Shown piece after piece: positions 1 through 10,774 of a stretch of DNA of 64,000 nucleotides (position 1 is its first letter; each line of letters opens with the position of its first letter). Source of the stretch: Epithemia pelagica (taxonomy: Eukaryota > Protista > Bacillariophyta); the NCBI GenBank assembly GCA_946965045.2, contig OX337239.1, positions 1,612,001 through 1,676,000 on the forward strand, in the 5' to 3' direction. Under the pieces are notes generated by a model, which ran no database searches, was not told the origin of the DNA, and was given only the letters and a program-made list of their open reading frames with translations. Made by a program: the position numbers and the translations under genes.

Positions 1-435
1 CGACCTATATTTCTTCGCAAATCATGAAAAGTGAGAATAGATTGACGAACTCACTCTCAAGACTAAACTGGGTCGTGCGGTATTACAACGGACGTAAATT
101 TGGCCGTTGCTCGGACATTATACTAACGCCCTAAGCGTACGCGCCTGAAATCATCGAGCGCGCCCAAGCGACATCCGAGCGCTGTCGGCATCTATCCGAC
201 TCAACGGTCTAAGTATCCCAAGCACGACACACGATCACGCGAGACCATATTTCCATTCCCACAATCTCCAAATTGTCAACAAGCTGCGCGCCATGAAAAC
301 AACTATGCCAACCCAAAGCAAGAGCTGTTGACCCTGTATATGTTATCCGTCCACATATACATGTCATATACATCACATGAATCGACTCCAACTATTCCAA
401 ACCTGTTGCCGCCAAGAACCTATGACACATGACCC

Positions 436-3400
436 TTGGCAGGACCGAACATTTCACGTAGACCTATCGTAGTAATCAACACACAATCTAACAATATCAC
501 CATTTATCACATCTTCTTTTGTGTCCCGACTATCCTTCTGATAGACTTCGACTTGCTTGCTTCTCTGACCCTGAGAAGCTTGTATCGGTTGGTGACCTAC
601 CTGATTGTCTGCTCTACCGAGCATCAATGTCCCTACGATTCAGAAAGAATTGTAACAACCAAACTCAAACCCCAAGCCAAACGCCTTTTTCTTCAAACCT
701 TTAACATGGTCATACAATGGACCAACCAAGCCTCCCTTCCCTTCGCCACGACAGAATCACCAACGTCGCAACCCAAACACAACACAGACAGCACCCCTTT
801 CTGGAAATTGTTATTCATCATCGAAGCCCTCCTCCTCGCCCCCATCCAACAAACCCAACACCGTACACACCACAACGCCTTAAAACATAGAGTCGCCCAA
901 CTCAAACAAGGGGATCTCATCCATCTCTTTGACTCAATTTGGCATCCAGACAAAACAACAACCCCGCCACACAGACGCAACCGCACCAACAAACACAAAC
1001 AAAACCACCAACCCCAAAAACCAACCCCACAATCAATGGCCACATTCGCCCAACAAGCCGCCGACCTCGGAAACATTCGGGCCGCCCACAACAGACTCAC
1101 AGCAACCATGCCCATCGCCACCCTTACTCCTGACAGGATCAAAATTGTTGAAACATCCCTGTACCCGCCCCGTCTAGATCCCCCACACCACCTCCGAAAC
1201 CAGCAATACACCCCCACCCACAACAACACCATCACCGACAACACCTTTGAAAAGGCACTCCACCGCCTTAGCCAAGGAACCGCCCCTGGCCCATTCTCTG
1301 CATCCATCGACACAATCCGGGCACTTGGACTCCACAGATCCACCACCCATCCCTCCGCCGATCGGCCGTACTTCCACAACCTGAAACACCTCTTTGCTCA
1401 AATCCTAAACAACCAACTCCCATCCCCAATCCGCCCGTATTTCTCGTCCATCCATTTCTTTGCTCTTCACAAAGATATCTCCAACCTTGATAAATTACGC
1501 CCGATCGGCATCGGGACAGCTCTTCGCCGCACGGCAGCCACAATTGCTCTAACCATCACAGCAGACGACATCGAACCCATCCTCACAACCCAAGGACAAT
1601 ATGGAATCAACACCAGCGGCGGCGTAGATTTCACCGCCCATCTCACCCAACAACAGATCGACCGATACGTCACCACTGACGCCACCCATACCACCCCACC
1701 CACCCGAGCCCTCATCCTTCTCGACTTGACGAACATGTTCAACGCATGCTCTCGCACCCGTTGCCGCGAAATACTTCAATCCCACCCAGCCACCAAGCCA
1801 CTTGTATCACTCTTTGACCTACTGTACTCCAATGACACAACAAACTGGTACCAAGACCAGCATGGGAAAAATCAAACCCTCAACCAACCGGAAGGGTTCA
1901 GCCAAGGCTGCCCCCTCAGCCCACTGTTCGCTTGTCTCGTACTCGCCACGCTCACCGCCACCATCAACACAAACCTCTCCACCCGCGCCCTAGAACGCAT
2001 TAAACAACACCTCCTCTGCGACGACAACATGGGTGGCACCAGCCACACCGCAAGTGTCATGGACGACACATCCGTCTGTCTACTCCACCAAGATCTCCTT
2101 CCCTTTCTTCAAAACTTTGAACAACTGGGACAACAGTTTGGCATACATCTCAACAAGGCAAAAACCAAAATCTTATCTTCCACCAACGGCCACAGCCCCT
2201 TACCCGCCCTTACCCCATCCAACCGCCAACACCTCCAACAGGCACTCTGATTTCTCAACCCGTCCGACCCCTCCGAAGCTGAAATTACCACAGGAACACG
2301 TTTTTTAGGCCACCCAATCGGAAGCGATACATTCATTCAACAATTCCTTACCCAAAAACTTGACACCATCGAATTCTCCGCGACAGCCGTCCAATCCCTA
2401 CCCAACTCCCAAACCAAATCCATTCTCTTCCGATCCAGCATCCTCCCCAAAATCACCCACCTCCTCTCCGCGGACATTCTCCTACGCCTCCGACACCGTT
2501 CGAATCCGCTCCCAGACACAACACTCTGGACGAACTTTCTCTCCCCACGCCTTGATACCATCGTCACGACCTTTCTCAAACACCTGACCCACACCACCAC
2601 CGTCCCACAACACTCCCTCTATCTTGCTCACCTCACAACAGCACTCGGCGGACTTGGCTATCCATGCCACCGTACCACTGCAGTTCCCTCCCTCTTAAAC
2701 TCCATCAGCCGATCCCTCCGTCTCGCAAACTCTCCAGAGTACCCACAGGCTCACACCCATGTTTTTTCTCCCCCCACCAATCACCACCCAACACTCCTCC
2801 CCACACCCCGTTCCTTCGCCGAAATCCACCACCATTTTGGTTCGTTGTTCACCTCCGAGCTACCTTTCAATGTCACCAACCCCGCTGCCTACCCACCCGA
2901 TGCCCAAAGACAGCTCACCATCTACAATCAGGAGACTCATCTGCTCCCGTTGATTGTTGCTTCCACCCCGCCCAAACTTCAACGCTCCCTCCCATCTGCC
3001 TTGTCACGGCTGACCTCCTGTACGCTACATCAACCTCGTTCTCTTCATCACTTCCGCATCCCCAATGCTTTATTTCAAATTGCCATCTCACGAAAAATCC
3101 GTCTTCCCTTCCTTCCCGCGCATTTTCCTCTTTCTTGTTTTTGTTCCAATCACCCACAACTTGACCCCTACGGCGATCACTTCTTTTCATGCTCGAAACA
3201 CCATAAAACCAAACTTTCCAACAAACTACGAGATGCCGTGTTCTTCCTCACGCAAGAGCTTGCCCCTCGGGCCGAATGGACCCGCACCCAATACGACATC
3301 CACCTTGAACCAACAAACTTACTACCGCACCACCCCAGAAATATCCGCCCGGCCGACATTGGCCTCGCCCTCCATCCACCACTCCCCAACGACTGCTTCC

Positions 3401-4095
3401 ACTATGTTGCCATCGACATCACAATTCCTCCCGCCCACCCTCATTTGCCTCCAACACCTCCCTCCGAAGCCATTCGCCGCACCGGTCAATCGTTCGACAA
3501 CATTGCCAACGACGCATCCTCGATTCACCACGCGGCAGCGCGCCACAAGTTCACTCATGACACAACCACCACCGCTCTTATCAACAGCAACAATCTCCTT
3601 CTCCTGCCTTTTTCCATCGACCACTTAGGTGGCCTCGGTCATTTCGCCCACACTTTTTTCTTCGGCCCTCCTCCCTGGTATTCCCTCTCCCCCTCCAACC
3701 CTCCGCCTTGGACTACACCACAACTCGGCCGTTCTGACCGCTGCCTCGCCCACCCCGATGGTTTTTTGGCTTTCAACAACCTCACGGAGTTTGCACCTTC
3801 AAACCTCATCCATACAGCCCAACTGCGCACCCACCCCCACCCCCAGCCTTTCCAAATGTCACTCCAACGCCACGCAACGCTCACTCTCGGACATGCCATC
3901 ACCACCGCTTTAGCACAACATGTTCTTGACGCTTTAGCCACCACCGACTTGCACCTCTCCAACCAACGTCAACTTTGCAGAATCAAAAAATCTTCTGTTT
4001 TCACCGTCTGTCCCGCTACCCGCTACTTCCCCCACCCTTTCAACCCACACACCGCCTACTCCACGCACGATCACCCCACCCAACTTCTAGTTTAG
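436..4095 (+). mobile_element. Non-LTR retrotransposon ORF (RT + CCHC zinc knuckle + restriction-like endonuclease, CRE/R2-type), interrupted by one in-frame TGA
   Basis: ORFs 436-2250 and 2845-4095 share a frame. I translated 2251-2844 by hand and found it open (TRFLGHPIG, LGGLG). RT motifs: LRPIGIG, LLDLTNMFN, GFSQGCPLSP, VMDD. The C-terminal part has CFC...GDHFFSC (~3136-3192) and RPADI...AIDIT (~3346-3425). The + strand is strongly C/A-rich. Element termini were not identified. Confidence 0.9.
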
Positions 4096-4220
4096 TCACA
4101 CCCATAACCTATTCTAGATCACCAAGAAGAATCAAAGCTCCTTCCAATAGAACATGTTCATTCAGAGTGGAACATGAACCGCTCTATAGCAGCCAACGAA
4201 GGAGAGGTTTGCTAGTCATC

Positions 4221-5228
4221 ATGAATCTTTTGACGCGCAATTTTTTCCTGGGATACCTGTCGAGCGCTGCTTTCATCGATACTAAGGTTATCACACCACC
4301 GACTCTCACGCTACCCGACAAGCGACACAAAGAACAACCACAAACAGCCTCGGAGACGTTGCTGACGTTGCGTCATGAGTGGGCCCAAGATATACGACGC
4401 ACCACCACTGCTTATCTGCAAGAGGGAAAATACCAGGATGAAACCGAATCTGTGACACCAGCATCTCTTGTTCGCTTAGCCTTTCACGATGCTACGACTG
4501 GAAACCCGAATGGATCCATTCGCTTCGAACTCGCATGGTCCGAAAATCGAGCCCTGTCACGGCCTCTCTCGGTGGTCCAGTCCATTTATGAAGCGCATCC
4601 ATTTCCCAATGACAACAATGCATCGTCGTTGGCCGACACGATCGCTTTGGTGGCAGTTCAAGCCATTGAATACATGGGAGGACCTCACATTCCGATCCAA
4701 CTTGGTCGCCTTGATGCCAGTCAGGCGGATCCATATTATTTAGAAACACCACTTTCTATGCAAACCAAACAATCCAGAGTGACCAAAACACTACCAGAGG
4801 CAGGACTGGATTCAGACGGCTTGCGTTTGTACTTTGGACGTCTTCGTTTGACAGAAGCCGAGTGGGTGGCCTTGTCAGGGATCCATGGACTGGGTCGACA
4901 TGTGTCCTTGCTAGGAATGGAAAAGGCATGTCTCAAGAATCTTACAAGAGACTGTTTGGAGCAAGCACCGGTGTTACTCCCGTTTGTCACGTCTTCGGAA
5001 GGTAAATTTTCCAACGACTACTTTACGGCCTTGTTGCAATGGAATGCACAGCGAGTACAGCTTGGACAAGTTGCGTTCATACCTACCGATGTAGCCATGG
5101 TGGTGGATCCTGGTTTACGGCGATATGTGCACGCGTATGCCAACAACCCGTCCTTGTATAGGAAACATTTTACGCGAGCCATGCAAAAACTCTTGGATCA
5201 GCAAGCTACTACGATCGAACGATTTTGA
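4221..5228 (+). CDS. Class I heme peroxidase, ascorbate peroxidase-related (APX-R/APX6-like)
   Basis: Distal RLAFHD, NGSI-FE, SLADTIAL, GRLDA, proximal ALSGIHGLG, FSNDYF and PTDVAM. The first in-frame ATG after the retroelement is 4221; the true start is uncertain. Confidence 0.85.
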   Translation: MNLLTRNFFLGYLSSAAFIDTKVITPPTLTLPDKRHKEQPQTASETLLTLRHEWAQDIRRTTTAYLQEGKYQDETESVTPASLVRLAFHDATTGNPNGSIRFELAWSENRALSRPLSVVQSIYEAHPFPNDNNASSLADTIALVAVQAIEYMGGPHIPIQLGRLDASQADPYYLETPLSMQTKQSRVTKTLPEAGLDSDGLRLYFGRLRLTEAEWVALSGIHGLGRHVSLLGMEKACLKNLTRDCLEQAPVLLPFVTSSEGKFSNDYFTALLQWNAQRVQLGQVAFIPTDVAMVVDPGLRRYVHAYANNPSLYRKHFTRAMQKLLDQQATTIERF

Positions 5229-5836
5229 ATCTAGGTAAATAGAGATTGATTGCAACTCCATGCATCGGTCACAGGTTGAAAACTGAGATTGAGTCGGTTG
5301 GTTGTTGCGTTTGTTGTTGGTGACGCCGATTGTTGAGAATGCAAATGACTGAAAAGGGGAGCGGAGCGACAGAACTGCCTACCGAGAGGTAGGTGAATCC
5401 GTTGGGTGTGTTGTGACTGAACTGACACCTTAGCCATATGCTATGCTTGTCCAAAATACGATGCATAAAAGAAGATCCTGCCATATCTGAAAACACTGAT
5501 GAGAAACAAGGAGAATGACAGTTTTGATTCGCCTAGACATGATATAAGCGCTGCACCAGATGTTCATATTATATCCAGTTACGATACTAGAAATAATCAT
5601 TCGCGTCTCGTGCTACCTGGACTGCTTCGGTGTATTCGCAATGTTTCTTTCTTTATGTTATTTTATTCCTAGTATGTTTGTGACTTGTAATTTTTCAAGG
5701 TCGGGAACTATCTCTACGCATGTTCATGCTTAACATGTATTCTTGGATTACATTTTCTCTCATGACAAACAGAACATAATAATATAATTTTTTGTTCAGC
5801 CTCAAGATCGGATAGCATCATAACCAAAGGGGCGTC

Positions 5837-7132
5837 CTACTCTTCTTCTTTAACTCCTTCAAGGATATAACCATCGTCTTCATCAAATTCATCAAGTTCT
5901 TCACGTAAGGTGGATTCGTAGGAAGACTCGTCATTTTCATCAATTTCTCCTCCGATTGTGCTCAAGGAGACAGCATCACAAGCAATCTGGTTCGGGCGAC
6001 TGTGATTCGTGTCATCTTCTAGGTACTTGGTATCTTCCAAGATTCGATGGTGTGCTGGAGAATGGGGGAGTGACTCCATCCCGCTTACAACAGAGTCGGC
6101 CACCGAGACACCATCGTAGGGGATGTGGTTGGGATTCCGTTCCGGAACATGCTCTATGTAACCACCACCCACATCATTGGTGGCCATGGAGACAGAATCG
6201 TGATCCGCGCAACTATCAATATCGCGGTAGGTAGCGGCATCATCAATCGGATCGGCAACGATTTGTTGTTTGCGAAGATTGACAGAGTCCATGGTGGCCA
6301 TTGTAAAGCTGGACAGTTCCCCAACGGACCGATCATCCAGCGAGCGCCGTAACATGTTCATTTGTCGGGAATTACTGGTGATACTATCCGATCGTTGAAT
6401 GGACATGTTCACCAGTCCTTCACGACCTCGGTAGGGACGAAGGGTACCAACATCGGTACCGGAACCTCCGGCACCATTCTGCGACATGTGATTGAGACTG
6501 TTTTGACTGCAGGTGCGTCCAACACCACGACGATTGGGGACAGCTCGGGCGGAATCGGATCGACGAAGACTCCGACGTTCCGGTGCATGTCGGGGGAAGG
6601 AGGACTCGGCCACGGAACTTTGAGCGCGCCGCACACCTCGTTCTGGAATCATGCGGGCATTGGAAGACGATGCCTCGGCCAAGGAGTCGGCATCGCGATG
6701 GTGAGACCCCGATCGAGCAAAGGAACGACTTAACATGGGTGACATGTCACTACTGGGACTGCGATGAACCCCTCGTGATCGTGGAGTGTGCATAGAACTT
6801 GTTCGTGAAATCATGCGTTCGCCGTTACCAAAGCTGCGACCCATGGAGCGCATTCCAGAACTTCCTCCATTCCGGCTACTGGGAACACCGGAACTACTCC
6901 GACGAGACAAGGTTCTACGAGGCGGAGCCAAGTTCATTCTACTGGAAGCTTCTCCGCCACCCAGAACTCGATCTTCATCTAGACTCTTGCGGTGCGCCGC
7001 AGCCGCTGCTAACTCGGCTAGTTGTCGAACATTTACGGCTTGCGAAACATTCTCATTTGCCTCCTCTTTGGTGGCATCCATGGTCATGGTCGCCATTCGT
7101 AATTCGTCGAGAGCAACGGCCCCTCCACCCAT
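5837..7132 (-). CDS. Hypothetical Ser/Arg-rich, probably disordered protein with an acidic C-terminus
   Basis: 431-codon ATG-initiated ORF with protein-like composition and no recognisable domain. Confidence 0.65.
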   Translation of the reverse strand: MGGGAVALDELRMATMTMDATKEEANENVSQAVNVRQLAELAAAAAHRKSLDEDRVLGGGEASSRMNLAPPRRTLSRRSSSGVPSSRNGGSSGMRSMGRSFGNGERMISRTSSMHTPRSRGVHRSPSSDMSPMLSRSFARSGSHHRDADSLAEASSSNARMIPERGVRRAQSSVAESSFPRHAPERRSLRRSDSARAVPNRRGVGRTCSQNSLNHMSQNGAGGSGTDVGTLRPYRGREGLVNMSIQRSDSITSNSRQMNMLRRSLDDRSVGELSSFTMATMDSVNLRKQQIVADPIDDAATYRDIDSCADHDSVSMATNDVGGGYIEHVPERNPNHIPYDGVSVADSVVSGMESLPHSPAHHRILEDTKYLEDDTNHSRPNQIACDAVSLSTIGGEIDENDESSYESTLREELDEFDEDDGYILEGVKEEE

Positions 7133-7335
7133 TGCAATATCAGTTCAATTCCTTGGGGACTGGGTGATTGAATAAAAAAAGGTCGAAAGACGAAACTTTC
7201 GCAACGAAAAACTATAGGGATTGTGGAAAAGCGCTTGTTCTTGTTGGGCGTGGGGTGTGGGGATTATGGTTGGTCTGAAGGGTAAACGTACAATTACTCT
7301 TTATGCATCAGCGAGAATTTTCGTTCGCTTCATGC

Positions 7336-7919
7336 AAGGTTGCTACTACGTCACATCACGGGCCACAACCGTGACGTGACGCCGTCAAATAGTGACGGGA
7401 ATATGTTCCCGTCAGGTTTTTCCCGTCACTTTCGTCAATTTTGGGATATTGATAAGACAATAGGGATGTATGATAGAAATAGGATGTTTTGACTGTATGT
7501 ATCATGATTAATGGTCTCTGATGTCTGTAAATGGTGCCTGAAGTGGACGGAAGCTCCACTTCGTCTCCTTTTCCAAGGATGAATCCCCAAAGTTTGTCCT
7601 TGTCCCGTCACAGTAGTGGTTCTGACATTCAACCACGGTAAGTCAACATCGATCATGCACACATAATAGTTATGACCATGCTTGATCATCAATGGTTGAT
7701 TGTTGTTCATTCATTGGATCACTTTGGATGCCATTTTTGAGCGTTTCTCGACGGAAGTATCTGTTTGACTACAAAAGATCCACAAAAGATTTTTTTGTTT
7801 CCCGTCACTTTTTTCATTCCCGTCATTCGTCACAGCCTGATGGCCTGACGTGACGTCGTCAATTTTACGTCACGTCACGTGACGTGCGTCAATTGTGACG
7901 TCGTCACAGTAGCATCCTT
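7336..7919. mobile_element. Non-autonomous DNA transposon (MITE) with short TIRs and a 9-bp target-site duplication
   Basis: GCTTCATGC occurs at 7327-7335 and 7920-7928. The ends AAGGTTGCTACT (7336-7347) and AGTAGCATCCTT (7908-7919) are an 11/12 inverted match. Subterminal GTGACG/CGTCAC and TCCCGTCA arrays are present at both ends. There is no convincing internal ORF. Confidence 0.8.
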
Positions 7920-8904
7920 GCTTCATGCGATACTCCGTACCCAGTCAAACCACTGTTGTCGCATCAGCACGCAGTGCGAACGATCCTCTGGGGTGTATCA
8001 TTTACATACGCCCAACAAGTCTCACTACTGGCTCTATTAGAAGCGTGTAGGGCAATTGTTGTCCGTATCGTGATGGGAAAGGATTCCAGGGAATATAGGA
8101 TGGGATTGCGCCCTTTCTTCCCCCAATACCGAGCGATTGAACCACATCATGATTATGAAACTTAAGACCAAAACTACGCCGTTCTAACTCGTGATTCCTG
8201 ACTCCTGATACCCAGTGTCTGAAGCGAGAGCGAACGGAAAAATGATGAGGCATATGTGTGCCCGCTACCGTTTGTCAGACTCAACAACACAACAAAAAAG
8301 AAAAGATGTAGTACAATGTCATGATTATGTTTAAGCCCAATATGTCGCCTATCTCAATCATCATCTTTCATCCCACTCCCCCCTTATCCCCATAAACAGT
8401 TGATCTATGACTACGAGCTACGAGTATGAACTTCGTCTTGCTTGCGTTGGAGAAATCTATGTTGTGCTATCTTGTGCTACTCCTCATTTTCTCTCGAAGC
8501 TGCCTATAGTGGGCGAGTAACGTTCAATCATTACAACGGCGGCATACAACAGGGTCTCTGTTCCTTCTCATAAATCGCCATGGTTTACACAGAATTGTTT
8601 TACAACTACAATGCACTGTTAGCCCTCCTCAGAGACAGCAGAAAATCGAGCGCTGGGCTAACGAACGTGGGAAAAGACCACAGACTGGCTGAATCGCCAA
8701 CCATTCCCGCAACACAATCCGACGTTTGTCCTCTGTCCAAGGCATATGCCAGCACTCTTCTTCTTCTTCTTCTTGTGTTGTTGTTCTCTATGCTGGAGTG
8801 TCGTCCAATGATGGTATATTGTCCTCCAGGTGGAGCGACGATGATGCGTTGGACATGACCGATGTATCACTCAGCTCACCTTTGTCATTCACAGACTGCT
8901 CCAA

Positions 8905-9435
8905 GGTGTCAAACGATTCGCTACCCAGTTGGCTCCAACCAACGCTGGAATCGCAGCCGTTTTCAACATCCAGATCATCTTTGGCGTCTTGGGTATCGTT
9001 TTCATTGCCATGATGCTCATTCTCATCCATATCATCATTGGGCAAGGTGCTGGAAGCCAAATTGTCGGTTGCTCTCGACATGGTGTCAAACGATTCGCTA
9101 CCCAGTTGGCTCCAACCAACGCTGGAATCGCAGCAGTTTTCAACTTCCGGATCATCTTTGGCGTCTGGGGTATCATTCTCATTGTCATGATGCTCATTCT
9201 CATCCATATCATCATTGGGCAACGTGCTGGAAGCCAAATTGTCGGTTGCTCTCGACATGGTGTCAAACGATTCGCTACCCAGTTGGCTCCAACCAACGCT
9301 GGAATCGCAGCCGTTTTCAACATCTGGATCATCTTTGGCGTCTTGGGTATCGTTTTCATTGCCATGATGCTCATTCTCATCCATATCATCATTGGGCGAG
9401 GTGCTGGAAGCCAAATTGTCTGTTGCCCTCGACAG
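8905..9435. repeat. Three tandem 177-bp (59-aa) coding repeats
   Basis: GGTGTCAAACGATTCGCTACCCAG starts at 8905, 9082 and 9259. On the minus strand the unit encodes SRATDNLASST...GSESFDT. Confidence 0.95.
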
Positions 9436-9724
9436 GGCGACTGGGGCATCCCCACCTTCTTCACCAGGAGCGGATTGCGATTCCCCCACGCAAGAGGAGG
9501 AAGAAGGAGACACTGTGTTTTGCTTTTGAAAGGTCACGTAGGGGCCATTGGTATCTTGATTGGTAGACCAGTGTCCCGAAAAGGAGTCTGTTGCCTCAAA
9601 GTGTCCAACCGAGACACAGTGGTGTCGTCGTCCCAACCAACACCACCAAGTGTGATAGGTTTGAGCCCAATACGCCTTGCCCAAAGAGCCTGCGAGCAAG
9701 CCTTCTGTGATTCGAAAGGATCCA

Positions 9725-9776
9725 AGAGAATCTTTTCCCTTTCCTGAAATAGAGAATCTTTTCCCTTTCCTGAAAT
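9725..9776. repeat. Perfect 26-bp tandem duplication
   Basis: AGAGAATCTTTTCCCTTTCCTGAAAT occurs at 9725-9750 and 9751-9776. Confidence 0.95.
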
Positions 9777-10774
9777 AGTCCAGGCATTGTGATCGGCACA
9801 CTTGCGAAAGTGTAGTTCAACGGTAGAGTCGTTGGAAATTCCATTTCCAAAGTAGGTTGCTTGAAAGAGACCATCCGTAGGCAGAAGGCGGACCTTTTTG
9901 TTAAGCGATACTTCTTCTCCAGCATGACATGCTTGGGCAACCGCACACCGAGCTTCGGTCAGTTCTTGATGGTACAGCCGGTTCTTGTTTCGTTTGCGGC
10001 ACAGTGCATAGACCAGAACCATGCCAAATACAAAGAGAATCAAAACAGTCAAGAGCGCCAAGGCAAAGACGGAATTGGTTCCCATTCCTAGTATCTGAGT
10101 CGAAGTCTCTTCGTTTTCATATTCCACCGTTTCATTCGCTTGGAATCCGGCGTCGTAGTAGGTACTGTTGGGCATCATGTCCATCATATCTTCAAAAGAG
10201 GAGTAGCTCATGGATGGCGGCGGTGGTGGTGGTGGAGGTCGTCGTTTCTTGCCCGAACTACCCAAGCGCCTTGATATGCGATGATAATCGCTCCCGTAGT
10301 TGAAAGAAATCATGTTACTACTCGTACTGGAATGAGAAAGCCTTGTCATCTTGTCGTGATTGTTGTTGTCTGATGGTGCTGTGGATCAAAAAATGGCATT
10401 TGCATTTGGCATAAGGTACCTTAGGAGGCAAGAGGTGCACCAGGAACACACACGAATGAACACCAACAAAGATATGAGGAGGAACATGCGCGAAACAAAA
10501 GCGTTGGGCGGGGATCCTTGGGGATCGATGCGAGCCCGCACAACGATTACTTAAGCATTGTGGTCGTCTGGTTCATATACAGAGATCACCAAGTATACGA
10601 CCCAAACAGCTGAAGCACGGCCGGCGGTCCGTTGTCCAATGTTTGAGACGCACGATCTCACAATTTTGGCCACAAGGACAGAAGGGAACACGGTTGCAAA
10701 AAGTGGCGCAAACACTAACCTGTGGAGTACTAATAGAAAATGTTACACTGTTTAGGATGGACTACCTACCGTTG

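Larger units (their letters stand above)
8788..10349 (-). pseudogene. Single-pass membrane protein gene with acidic C-terminal repeats, frameshifted by a 26-bp tandem duplication
   Basis: ORFs 9534-10349 and 8788-9801 both contain ISGKGKDSL at the duplicated unit. Removing one copy gives a continuous frame (NAWTISGKGKDSLGSFRITEG...). Transmembrane segment: VFALALLTVLILFVFGMVLVYAL. Confidence 0.75.

Noticed and set aside
8905-9435. CRISPR-like array
   Set aside because: The units are contiguous 177-bp coding repeats with no unique spacers, in a eukaryotic context with no cas genes.
8862-9747. Overlapping ORFs 8862-9566, 8889-9464 and 8929-9747, including an apparent multi-TM protein
   Set aside because: These are alternative-frame or antisense readings of the 177-bp repeat. 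The hydrophobicity mirrors Asp/Asn/Glu codons on the other strand.
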